Positions 1 through 9,044 are shown, counted from the stretch's first letter. The stretch: DNA of 64,000 nucleotides from Candidatus Bathyarchaeota archaeon (GCA_963706285.1 CAVPLU010000004.1:384001-448000), one strand, 5' to 3'. Notes: generated from the letters alone by a model not told the origin. Numbers and translations are program-made.

Positions 1-1
1 C

Positions 2-181
2 AGTTCCGGCGAACACGACAATCTTTGAGTTCGGCTTGAATCGGCTGGATACTTCGTCTGAGACCGCCTTTCCTGCATTCTCCATAAGTTGAAGCGTAGA
101 GACGCCAAGGTACTCTGCATTCCTGTCAAGTATGCGAGACTCGCGTGAACTAACTTCCCTGACGACTCCTTGAGAGATCAT
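2..181 (-). CDS. nnr: NAD(P)H-hydrate epimerase/dehydratase (YjeF/Nnr) N-terminus, runs off window edge
   Basis: Manual translation from ATG at 181: MISQGVVREVSSRESRILDRNAEYLGVSTLQLMENAGKAVSDEV...KIVVFAGT; D..A...G.....LMENAG is the YjeF_N signature. Not in the ORF track. Confidence 0.85.
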   Translation of the reverse strand, partial: MISQGVVREVSSRESRILDRNAEYLGVSTLQLMENAGKAVSDEVSSRFKPNSKIVVFAGT

Positions 182-357
182 GAGTAGACCACAGAACCCC
201 TGCGTGTAGACATCTTCTGTCGATTGATATATGGTGGTATGCCCAGTAGTCGCTTCGCACACCACACCTAGCGCACTGAAGAAATGTGTTTGGCGAAGGC
301 ATATTGCAAACTCTTTTAGGTATGTTGTCTTGATCTGAAATCCAAGAGGTTGCACAA

Positions 358-594
358 TTGCCGTCCGCTTTTGTCCTCATCAATGCGGAGATAGGATCCG
401 AAGACGACGTCCTGAAGCAACTGAAAGCGCTGCCAAACGTCAAAGAATCATACGTAGTGTATGGCGTCTACGACATTGTCGCCAAAGTCTCGGCCGATAC
501 AATGGATAAACTGAAGGAGATCGTGACGTGGAAGATACGCAGACTCGACAAGGTGCGTTCCACCCTAACGATGATCGTCGTCGAGGGAACTTAG
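358..594 (+). CDS. Lrp/AsnC ligand-binding-domain protein (stand-alone RAM domain)
   Basis: AFVLIN...VYGVYDIVAKV...IRRLDKVRSTLTMIV; no HTH. Confidence 0.9.
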   Translation: MPSAFVLINAEIGSEDDVLKQLKALPNVKESYVVYGVYDIVAKVSADTMDKLKEIVTWKIRRLDKVRSTLTMIVVEGT

Positions 595-648
595 CAGAGT
601 ATATCGACGCATCACGAATCTCTTACAATCCTGCCGGGATAGTTCCGA

Positions 649-1965
649 GTGAGAATCCACTTAGGAATTGACGACACAGACTCGCTGGCAGGCGGATGCA
701 CCACTAGAATTGCAGCAAATCTAGTTTCGATACTAGATTCGAAAGGAGTAGCCTTCCTAGACTATCCAAATCTCATCAGGCTCAACCCAAATGTCCCTTG
801 GAAGACAAGGGGAAACGGAGCAGTCTGCCTCAGGATAGAATCGAACCTAAACACTGAGGAGGTCCTTGAGCTTGCTGCGGAAGAGATTGAGCGGAACGCA
901 AGACTCGGCGACCCAGGCACAGATCCAGGCATCGTTGTGCTTGCGGGCGCAATCCCATCAGATCTTGAAGAATTCAGTAAAGAAGCGCTCACACGCGTTG
1001 TCACACCTCGCGAGGCGGTGTCTGCGATTTCGAGAGTCGGGGCCGAGGCACTGAGCTACGGCTCGATCCAAGGAATTGTCGGTGCACTCGCGTCGATCGG
1101 GATGCCATTAGAAGATGACTATACTTTCGAGTTAATTGCGTACAGGTCAGATGATTTCATTGGAAAACCGAGGCTCGTTGACAATGAGTCAGTGGTGCGG
1201 ATGAATAAGGAAATGGAGCAAGTCACATTCAACAATGTTGATCCGGAAACTGGAAGAATCCTAATCACTCCGAGAGGGTCCGATCCGATTCTATGCGGTG
1301 TAAGAGGAGAAAGCCCGGAGGCTGTACGCAAGGCATTTCATATGCTCAGAATCAGTGAACCAGTCAAGGCTTGGATGATCTTCAGAACTAACCAAGGGAC
1401 CGACGCCCATCTGACTAGGCGCTGCAGGATTGCAGAGCTGCAAGATCACTCGTCGATCGTCGTTGAAGGCACCGTGAAGGAGAAGCCTAGAACGATTCGT
1501 GGAGGTCACGTGATTTTCGTTCTTGAGGATGAAACGGGCTCGGTCAATTGTGCGGCGTATGAGCCTACAGGGAGATTCAGAGAGACTATTAGGCAACTGG
1601 AAGTTGGAGATCGAGTGCGGGGATTTGGAGGCATGAGATCCGCCGGCAAGTCGATCCCGAGGACTCTCAATCTGGAGAAGCTTGAGACTCTCAAGCTTGT
1701 TGCATGCACGCAAAGCCGCAACCCTGTGTGCCCAAACTGTGGAAAGCGAATGAAGTCAGCAGGCAGGAGACAAGGTTATCGTTGTGAACGTTGTGGAAGC
1801 CACGCAACATCGAAGGTCCAGCAAGAATCTAGTAGAGATCTTGTGAAACGAATTTATCTGCCGCCACCGAGAGCACATCGTCATCTAACGAAGCCGGAAG
1901 TCCGTTATTTGAGAACGCGCACGGAGATCAGCGGGCCGCCATCGCCGAAGTGGCATTTTCCGTGA
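649..1965 (+). CDS. tiaS: tRNA(Ile2) agmatinylcytidine synthetase
   Basis: HLGIDDTDS..GGCTT, LIRLNPNVPWKTRGNG, TNQGTDAHL, OB fold, CPNCG..MKSAG..QGYRC zinc ribbon. Confidence 0.95.
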   Translation: MRIHLGIDDTDSLAGGCTTRIAANLVSILDSKGVAFLDYPNLIRLNPNVPWKTRGNGAVCLRIESNLNTEEVLELAAEEIERNARLGDPGTDPGIVVLAGAIPSDLEEFSKEALTRVVTPREAVSAISRVGAEALSYGSIQGIVGALASIGMPLEDDYTFELIAYRSDDFIGKPRLVDNESVVRMNKEMEQVTFNNVDPETGRILITPRGSDPILCGVRGESPEAVRKAFHMLRISEPVKAWMIFRTNQGTDAHLTRRCRIAELQDHSSIVVEGTVKEKPRTIRGGHVIFVLEDETGSVNCAAYEPTGRFRETIRQLEVGDRVRGFGGMRSAGKSIPRTLNLEKLETLKLVACTQSRNPVCPNCGKRMKSAGRRQGYRCERCGSHATSKVQQESSRDLVKRIYLPPPRAHRHLTKPEVRYLRTRTEISGPPSPKWHFP

Positions 1966-2120
1966 TTACAATTTATCGGAGCATCCGAATGCCTGCGTGA
2001 TGGTCGCGTTTGCGATCTTCTCTTGCAGACGAGTATCGCTCGCTTAGTGCTTGGCTATTGTGGACTCTAGAAGATGCTGCGGCTTTCGCAAGATGGTTTG
2101 GTGGAGACGTTACGGACCAA

Positions 2121-2265
2121 TGGTATTCCCCCAGAACCGCTTTGCGCGGTTCTGTGCGGGGGGTGGATCTTCGGTCTTTCGTCAGACTTTCGAACCACCG
2201 ATCTCAGGGTTTCCCAGGAGGCTCATATGAGCCCTGCGGGTTAAACCTGGCTACCCCACCCCGCT
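2121..2265 (-). tRNA. Initiator tRNA-Met(CAT) with three introns: 37/38 (2211-2225), 59/60 (2168-2188), 71/72 (2126-2155); CCA encoded
   Basis: Spliced sequence AGCGGGGTGGGGTAGCCAGGTTTAACCCGCAGGGCTCATA|ACCCTGAGATCGGTGGTTCGAA|TCCACCCCCCGC|TACCA folds as a cloverleaf with A1-U72 and G29-31/C39-41 initiator hallmarks; each junction forms a strict or relaxed BHB. Confidence 0.9.
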
Positions 2266-2313
2266 GTTCTGAGATCTCCGCACGTCTCCGAGCCAAGACT
2301 CTCATGTCCAGAA

Positions 2314-2328
2314 GTTAAAGGTTTTCAG
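2314..2328 (-). promoter_or_regulatory. BRE/TATA-like promoter of tRNA-iMet
   Basis: Minus strand GAAAACCTTTAACT about 50 nt upstream of the tRNA 5' end. Confidence 0.55.
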
Positions 2329-2895
2329 GATAGGTTAGGAAAGCTGTCGGCGAAAATCCACGGATTCAATCCGGTCGTTCGCCGACGATGCACACTGCCT
2401 CATCATTACTCATCCGGCGAGTCACTGAGTCTCTCATCATCGTCTTTGTGGTTATCTGGCCGCCGTCGGCCTAGTTAGGGCACAATTTGTTCCCGAGGCC
2501 TGAATCGTTTGCTCAAAAATGACCGTTTCAGGCTGCTGCCTGTGCTGCTGCGCTTGTTATAAGCTGTCAGGGACGTGTGATGCGCTGAGCTGTGCCGACT
2601 CTGATCAGCAGAGTGCCTGCAAATTAGGCGTTCCTCTATCAATTCCCGCATGATTCCTTAACGCTTTTTCATCCAGGGGTGTACTCATAGCCTCTGACTT
2701 GGTGCTTTGGTGCCCTTTCTGCAATCGTCCCTGCCGTACCGAGGGTCGCACAATCATTATCTGATGATTGACCACACGTGGGTTGATTGTCGATACACTT
2801 TGGAGGCTCAGTTCCAGAATCCCGTAGTGATTAAGCCGCCTGAGGTTGTTGCTGCTCACGACTTTCTTCTGATAGGATGGATTCTATTACTTTTG

Positions 2896-3651
2896 ATGTC
2901 TCTTCCTTGGCTCGGCTTAGGCACACTCTCACTTGCTGTCGGATCATTGTTGTTCGTGGGTTACCCAGCTGCAACGGTCGTTGCCATGCTAGCAACTGGA
3001 AGCACCATTATTGATGCATGGACGGCGTTTTTCGCTTTCACATTCGCAACCCAAGCTCTCTCACCGCTCTTGATTGGAGCCGGGGCTATCGCTGTCTTTC
3101 TCATATTCATCGGAGTGATTTACTTCACAACGGTTAGAAGGACTAGTACTGGCAACTACGAGGGGGCCAGAGCTGCCTCACTATTCTTCGGTGTGATCTT
3201 GATTCTAGTCTCACTAGCGTCTTTCGCCGCTTTCCTTGGATACCCCTTTGCCGCAAGTGCATCGCTCCTCATTCTCCCAGCCCTGTTCTTCTTAATGGGA
3301 TATGGAAAGATGGGCGAGGTCATAGCGAGATACGGACCTAGGGCGGTTCTTTCAGACTCGTCTCCAATAGAGACAGCACCGCAAATTCCAAGTGGAGCAG
3401 CAATTCCACCTATGCCAATGATGGCCGCACCAGCGATGGGAATGGGTACAATCGCGATCCCAGCAAATCCCGGTGGAGTTGTTCAAATGCCAGCACCGCC
3501 TCAACCACAGCCAGCACCGCCTCAACCACAATACCAACATCTCGGAGGAGCAGTCCCACGCGTTCCACTTTGCCCCACATGCGGACGAGAACTCTTCTAC
3601 GCTACGAACTACAAGCGATGGTACTGTCTAGTCTGTGAAAGCCGCAGGTAG
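2896..3651 (+). CDS. Membrane protein with Pro-rich linker and C-terminal zinc ribbon
   Basis: Several hydrophobic segments, PAPPQPQ repeat, CPTCG...KRWYCLVC; ATG 2896 preferred over the track start at 2707. Confidence 0.7.
   Translation: MSLPWLGLGTLSLAVGSLLFVGYPAATVVAMLATGSTIIDAWTAFFAFTFATQALSPLLIGAGAIAVFLIFIGVIYFTTVRRTSTGNYEGARAASLFFGVILILVSLASFAAFLGYPFAASASLLILPALFFLMGYGKMGEVIARYGPRAVLSDSSPIETAPQIPSGAAIPPMPMMAAPAMGMGTIAIPANPGGVVQMPAPPQPQPAPPQPQYQHLGGAVPRVPLCPTCGRELFYATNYKRWYCLVCESRR
3489..3530 (+). repeat. Perfect 21-nt tandem duplication (PAPPQPQ x2) inside CDS
   Basis: gccagcaccgcctcaaccaca twice in tandem. Confidence 0.9.
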
Positions 3652-4008
3652 AGTCACGCGCCCTCCTAACTCTGCCTGACACCACCTTTGTGCACTACGT
3701 TCCGATCTGGCTCGCGTAACGGCATCGGCATGAAGACTATGGACTCCCTAGGTCTCATGCACAATTGCCCACGTTGACGTTTGCTCTTGGTACGTGTGCA
3801 TGCACGAAGCCCCCGACGATAACCAAATTGAGCTGTTCTTAGAGCCTTAATGTGTCTGCCAGGCGTTCCTGTACTTTCTTATGATTCTGGTAGCCAAAGC
3901 ACCTGCTTCGATTAGTCGCGTTTGCCACCGACTGGCACTGATAAGGTCTCAATTCCAGTACTTCATAACCTAAAATATTGGAGTCGAAAACGATGGGTGG
4001 ATGGAACC

Positions 4009-4728
4009 TTGACGTCTAAGAATCAACCTGGCGGCGAAGGTTCAAAGCAAACTGTTGCATCGCCCGAAAAGAGACTTGGGAGAAGGAGTCTCATAAAATA
4101 CGCCCTGGCGGCAGGAGGCGTAGTTCTTCTTGGAGGAGCGAGCTACGAGTATTATCAGAGTTATGTCGCGGTGCCAAAGCACTGTGAGGCATGCGGCATG
4201 GCGATAATGCCGGAAATGGAGCAACATCTCTTGATACGCGATGAATTGACCGGTCAACAAGTGTACGCGTGCTGTCAAGGATGTGCTTTGAAACTCGCAG
4301 ATCCGGTCAGAGGACGCAAGGAGTACACTATTCAAACGTTCTGCGACTATTTTGGGCCGGAACGAAAGATCACGATTAACGTGAAGGACCACGGTAACAG
4401 TGTTACGGTCGATCCAGTGACGGCAAGACTGCTACTCGGCGCAAAGGTCGTCAAGAGCTGTGCGAACAATCGATTCGCGTACAATCAAGAAGCAGTTGAC
4501 GGGTTGTTGAAGAAAGGTTTCACGCAATACACGATGACTTGGCAACAGCATCCGCTTCCAGAAGGGACTCCGGTGATGGAAATTCCAAAGGCAACGCCTG
4601 TCTTAGCAAATGGAGGAATAACCTATGTTGCACCATCTCCAATAATGCCCATGATCATTGCCGTAGCTGGCGCGTTGACTCTCGGCGGCTCCTTGCTAGC
4701 ATATAGGAAGCTGACAAAGAATCAGTGA
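4009..4728 (+). CDS. Tat-exported, C-terminally anchored metal-binding protein (TRASH/YHS/NosL-like)
   Basis: GRRSLIK plus hydrophobic stretch; CEACGM...YACCQGC; C-terminal TM and basic tail; start (TTG 4009) uncertain. Confidence 0.65.
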   Translation: MTSKNQPGGEGSKQTVASPEKRLGRRSLIKYALAAGGVVLLGGASYEYYQSYVAVPKHCEACGMAIMPEMEQHLLIRDELTGQQVYACCQGCALKLADPVRGRKEYTIQTFCDYFGPERKITINVKDHGNSVTVDPVTARLLLGAKVVKSCANNRFAYNQEAVDGLLKKGFTQYTMTWQQHPLPEGTPVMEIPKATPVLANGGITYVAPSPIMPMIIAVAGALTLGGSLLAYRKLTKNQ

Positions 4729-4826
4729 TATATGATGCCTGAGATCCGATTCATTTTCCTAGTGCAAACCCTAATGCCGCCGCCTCAGGCGTACAAGTCT
4801 GTGGGATCCTCGAAAGTGGCATCCGC

Positions 4827-5390
4827 ATGAAGTTAAGCAGATTTCTATACTTTGAAGTGTCGTTCATAATTGTCGTGTTGGTGCTCGCGGTAGCGTTTGT
4901 TAGCGGGGATTCCCGACTATCCGCGAACCAGGGAATACGCTTTCTAGGTGGTGGTGCGGGCAGTCCAAGTCAAGTCATATTGAACAAAACTTACTCAATT
5001 TCAGCCGGCCATGTCCTGAGGGAGAAATTGGGGTATGACGGTCGCGATGCAAGTGTGATTTCCATTTACTTAGTTGTCAAATCCGTTGGCACCGAAGGAG
5101 TCATGATGATTGTATTAAACGGCTTCAACGTGGCCAAGCTTGGCATTACCCAAACATCACTCATCTCTTGTGTTGACTTGTACCCCAAGTATAGAGATCT
5201 TCTGTCATGCGTGGGCAATGTCGATAATGCAACTCGCGGAAACGGCACAATCGGGGGACTTCCAAGTCAAGCTCTACATATCGTTGTGACTTCCTCGTGC
5301 GGTTTCGATATCGTTAACCCCAACCTCACCAATGAGATTTCCTTCATCTCCTCATACGAAGGAGTCTTTTCCTTTTCCGTTCAATGGTGA
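4827..5390 (+). CDS. Hypothetical secreted/membrane-anchored protein
   Basis: N-terminal hydrophobic helix, beta-rich body, co-oriented in operon. Confidence 0.6.
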   Translation: MKLSRFLYFEVSFIIVVLVLAVAFVSGDSRLSANQGIRFLGGGAGSPSQVILNKTYSISAGHVLREKLGYDGRDASVISIYLVVKSVGTEGVMMIVLNGFNVAKLGITQTSLISCVDLYPKYRDLLSCVGNVDNATRGNGTIGGLPSQALHIVVTSSCGFDIVNPNLTNEISFISSYEGVFSFSVQW

Positions 5391-5396
5391 GCAAAA

Positions 5397-5702
5397 ATGC
5401 GAGACATATCATGGGGAAAAGTCCTGACGCTGATCGCAGTAATTCTCACCACGGTCGTACTCAGCTGTTCCATGTACAGTGAATTGCAGTGGAAAGAAAA
5501 GGTGGAATCGGATAGAACTAACAACATTCGAAGAATTGTAGGCATCCCAAGCATCGCCATCGGAACGTTAAGCACAGCCCAAAGGAACCCTATGGTTGAA
5601 ATATATTGCACATCATTCTACGATGCTCCAGGGAGTTATTGCGCATACTACACTACTGGAGTAGCATGGTATAACATGACATGGTGGAGAATTGATGCTT
5701 AG
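5397..5702 (+). CDS. Hypothetical small membrane-anchored protein
   Basis: N-terminal TM; YC...PGSYC; GGTGA SD upstream. Confidence 0.6.
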   Translation: MRDISWGKVLTLIAVILTTVVLSCSMYSELQWKEKVESDRTNNIRRIVGIPSIAIGTLSTAQRNPMVEIYCTSFYDAPGSYCAYYTTGVAWYNMTWWRIDA

Positions 5703-6878
5703 GAGGCAGAGAAATCTTGCGGCTATGCGCTCAGATGCCTACACAGATACAAGATGAGAACTCTCGTGGTCATTATTGCTGTGACCATAACAGTTGCTGC
5801 TTTCTCATCGGTTGCCTTCATAAAAGATGGGCTCTCAAGAGACGCGGAATTGAGTCTTAGTTTTGCTCCAGACATAACCGTGCAGTACATGCGATCCGGA
5901 AGGCAATCACTGGTTCCTATGACATATCTTCGAGACATTTATTCGGTACAAGGGATCGATCGAGTCGTTCCCAGAGTATGGGGTTATGTTGGCGTAGGCA
6001 AGAATATCCTCATCTTCATGGGCCTCGATCTGCAAAACGTTACCGCGTCCTATTCTGATATTTTTCCGATGGAACAAGGCACATTCCTGACTTCTACAGC
6101 AAGGAAGTCGATAGTTCTTGGAAATGTGGCAGCACTAGCATTTGGTGTGAAGGTCGGGGATACCATAACCGTATTGAACGAGAACATGCGTACCGTCCAA
6201 TTTCAGGTAATGGGAATTTTCGACAGTGCAGCCAACGTGTATGCAGCAGATCTGGTTCTCATGAACATAGATGATGCACGTGATTATTTCGGCGTCCCAG
6301 AGGGATATGCATCGGATCTATGCGTCTACGTGAAAGACCCGAAACTCACAAACACCATAGCAAACCAGTTATCATATGTACCAAGTTTGCGAGTGTTGTC
6401 AAAGGACATAATCAGCCGCTCTTATCAGTCAATCTACGGATCAAGATCAGGGTTCTTCACCGTCACTTGGCAAATAGTGCTCCTAGCCATGGCGTTGATA
6501 GCACTTAATCAGTTCACAGTTGTCGGAAGCGAATCCATGTTTGAGGTTGGAGTATTGAAGGCATTGGGCTTTTCGACATCCAATATCATAAGCATCAGAC
6601 TAATCGAGAGTGCCGTAATCGGCGTCTTTTCCGCATCATTGGGAATGACTATTGGAATAGCATACGATTTGATCCTTGATGCACCTCTGCTCAAGGAATA
6701 CATGCTAGGATGGGCACAGCTGTATCCTTCATTTCGAATCCCAGTTTACATCAGTCCATCTTCAGTGTTCCTTATTTTCGCTGTAGCACTGATTCCATTG
6801 CTCTTCTCTACAGTGGTTCCGTCATGGAAGAATGCAATCGTTGACCCTGATATTGCCATGCGAGGCGCCAAGGCATGA
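5695..6878 (+). CDS. FtsX/MacB/LolE-type ABC permease (true start probably ATG 5695, with a 1-nt deletion near 5720)
   Basis: EVGVLKALGFS motif, periplasmic core, 4-TM pattern; restoring one G gives MLRRQRNLAGYALRCLHRYKMRT. Confidence 0.85.
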
Positions 6879-7549
6879 TCGAGGCCACCGCCCTAACCAA
6901 GATATACAACAGCGGAAAAACAAACGAAGTCAAAGCGCTCCTAGATGCAAATGTGAGTATCGAGGACGGCAAGATCACAACGTGTGTGGGGCCTAGTGGC
7001 TGCGGAAAGACGACGCTGATGAGCCTCTTGGGCCTTCTTCTCACTCCTACGAAAGGAAGGATAACCCTCGATGGAAGAGATGTCACTCAATTCTCGGACT
7101 ATTGGAAGACCATGACCAGGAGGGAGAGCATGGGATTCGTTTTTCAACACATCAATCTCCTCCCTCACTACACTGCAATGGAGAATGTGCTCATGCCATT
7201 GCTATGTCGTGATGTCGAACTCGCTCAGTATGCGGATCGAGCGCTGGAATTGCTTGAACTCATGGGGCTGTCGGACAAGGCAGCATTCCAGGTGGAGCAA
7301 CTCTCCGGAGGACAGCAACAGCGAATTGCAGTCTCCCGAGCGCTGATAACTGACCCGAAGATGATAATTGCGGATGAGCCAATCACTTTCGTGGATGCGG
7401 CATCCGCTGAAGTAATCGTGGACGCTTTCAGAAAGCTTCGAGACGAAGGGAAAGCTGTACTCATTTCGACGCATTCGAAAGAATTGGCAGCGATCGCTGA
7501 TGTTGCATACCAGATGAAAGAGGGACGAGTTGTCGAGAAGGCCAACTGA
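6875..7549 (+). CDS. ABC ATP-binding protein, LolD/MacB type
   Basis: GPSGCGKT, LSGGQQQR, IIADEP, STH. Confidence 0.95.
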   Translation: MIEATALTKIYNSGKTNEVKALLDANVSIEDGKITTCVGPSGCGKTTLMSLLGLLLTPTKGRITLDGRDVTQFSDYWKTMTRRESMGFVFQHINLLPHYTAMENVLMPLLCRDVELAQYADRALELLELMGLSDKAAFQVEQLSGGQQQRIAVSRALITDPKMIIADEPITFVDAASAEVIVDAFRKLRDEGKAVLISTHSKELAAIADVAYQMKEGRVVEKAN

Positions 7550-8359
7550 ATGATTCTGAATATGGGAGTCACTGCCATAATGGCAATAGCGGTCTTCTCA
7601 TTGGCCACGGCGTCATACACGGCTTACAAAGCATACAGGATTGGAGAGAAAGCAGATTCCTCTTCAATCGAAGACAGATACGGAATGGAGAAGGACTACT
7701 ATCTCGTTTCCAACGTCGGCTGGATAACTCTCGGTTCACGTGTTGCAGCCATCCCCCTTTTCTTCTTGACAGTAATCTCGCTGATCCCTTCAATCCCGGG
7801 AGCCATGTGTGAGTTTGGCGTTCTCCAAGCTGGATATCCATATTCGTGGATTGACTTTTTCATGAAGCTTGGCACCTTGTACGTGTTCGGTGGATGGCTT
7901 CTCGTTGACTATCTCAACAAGAAGTGTTTGCACTCACCTCTCATGGGAACGCTGGCAAGGTCTTTCACCCTGATCACGCCCATACTATTTGTAGACGCAT
8001 TTCTCGATCTCATGTTCTTCGGAACTCTTCAACCTCTGGTTGTTTCATGCTGTAGAGTAGTATACCCGCCCGAATCAGGATTCTCCTGTCCATTCTGCTT
8101 TGTGACCTACGTAGAACCTCTTTTTCTTGTGGTGATTCCTGCATATGGCGTAGCCGCCTTTCTCGTCATCTCCAGCATTATCGCTCAAAAACTTGGAACG
8201 CGCTCTGATGAGTTCAAGGCAGCATCGGCTGGTTCCGTGAAGACATTCCTCAAAGTTGCCATCCTTCTAGCCGCAGTCGGCACCATCCTAATGATAGTTC
8301 AATTGATGCTTGGCCCTATCGGAGTCAATCCACACGAGTTGATGGTAAGCCCCATCTAG
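7550..8359 (+). CDS. Cys-motif polytopic membrane protein
   Basis: About 6 TM; IPGAMC, VSCC, CPFC motifs. Confidence 0.7.
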   Translation: MILNMGVTAIMAIAVFSLATASYTAYKAYRIGEKADSSSIEDRYGMEKDYYLVSNVGWITLGSRVAAIPLFFLTVISLIPSIPGAMCEFGVLQAGYPYSWIDFFMKLGTLYVFGGWLLVDYLNKKCLHSPLMGTLARSFTLITPILFVDAFLDLMFFGTLQPLVVSCCRVVYPPESGFSCPFCFVTYVEPLFLVVIPAYGVAAFLVISSIIAQKLGTRSDEFKAASAGSVKTFLKVAILLAAVGTILMIVQLMLGPIGVNPHELMVSPI

Positions 8360-8585
8360 TTACGTCAAGAATAGTGAGTTCAACACCCACGTTCTTGTCT
8401 ACTGACGTGCGGAGACCGACGCCTCATCTTGTTTGTTGTGGCCGAATTCGGCTCAAGCCCATGGTCAGCGTCAACGATGACTGTCAACAAGTTTCGTCCA
8501 ATCCACATATTCACTCATAATGCATGCGAATGCGCCGAGTACGCCCAAGCCAAGCCTCCCAGCGACTGCCGGGAGAAGCCACTAG

Positions 8586-8612
8586 GACCTAAAGAGAAAA
8601 ATGAGGGAGTGA
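8586..8612 (-). terminator. Pyrimidine/T-rich terminator after ferritin-like gene
   Basis: Minus strand TCCCTCATTTTTCTCTTT downstream of the stop. Confidence 0.4.
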
Positions 8613-8624
8613 AGGAGAACGAGT

Positions 8625-9044
8625 CTACTCTTTCTCAAGAAGACTTGAGAAGAAGTCGTGGTGTTGTTCTTCTTCCTCTTCTATCTCTTCGAAGATCTCT
8701 CGGGTGGCGACGTCGCCTTCTTTCTGTGCTATTTCCATGATCTCCTTGTACATGCTGATTGCTTCCAGCTCAGCTTTGACATCGAAGTTGAGCATCTCGC
8801 CGAGCTTATCGCCAACATTGATCATGCTCGGTTTGGTTGTTGGTTTTCCTCCCAGGTACCATAGTCGCTCGGCAATCTTCTCTGCATGTTTCATTTCGGC
8901 AATGGCGGTCTTCTTCAACTCCTCGGTGACCGCGTAGTGTTCGACGCCTTTCCATTGAACATGCTGCCACATGTATTGGACTGAAACCTGAAGCTCTCTA
9001 GCGATCGCTTGGTTCAACATATCCAAAAGCTTTGCACTAGCCAT
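8625..9044 (-). CDS. Bacterioferritin-like/ferritin-like protein
   Basis: ARELQ..VQY, EMKHAE, ELEAI..Y, EEQHH diiron ligands. Confidence 0.9.
   Translation of the reverse strand: MASAKLLDMLNQAIARELQVSVQYMWQHVQWKGVEHYAVTEELKKTAIAEMKHAEKIAERLWYLGGKPTTKPSMINVGDKLGEMLNFDVKAELEAISMYKEIMEIAQKEGDVATREIFEEIEEEEEQHHDFFSSLLEKE

Noticed and set aside
649-2265. The CAT-anticodon tRNA next to tiaS as its tRNA-Ile2 substrate
   Set aside because: A1-U72 and three consecutive G-C pairs in the anticodon stem identify it as initiator Met
2010-2318. 102-aa plus-strand ORF
   Set aside because: Antisense shadow of the tRNA-iMet gene; the same applies to track ORFs overlapping tRNA-His and tRNA-Arg
5388-5754. 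In-frame TGA (5388) and TAG (5700) suggesting Sec/Pyl readthrough fusions
   Set aside because: The 5397 ORF has its own SD and N-terminal TM; the permease N-terminus is explained by ATG 5695 plus a 1-nt deletion; no Sec/Pyl machinery seen in the window
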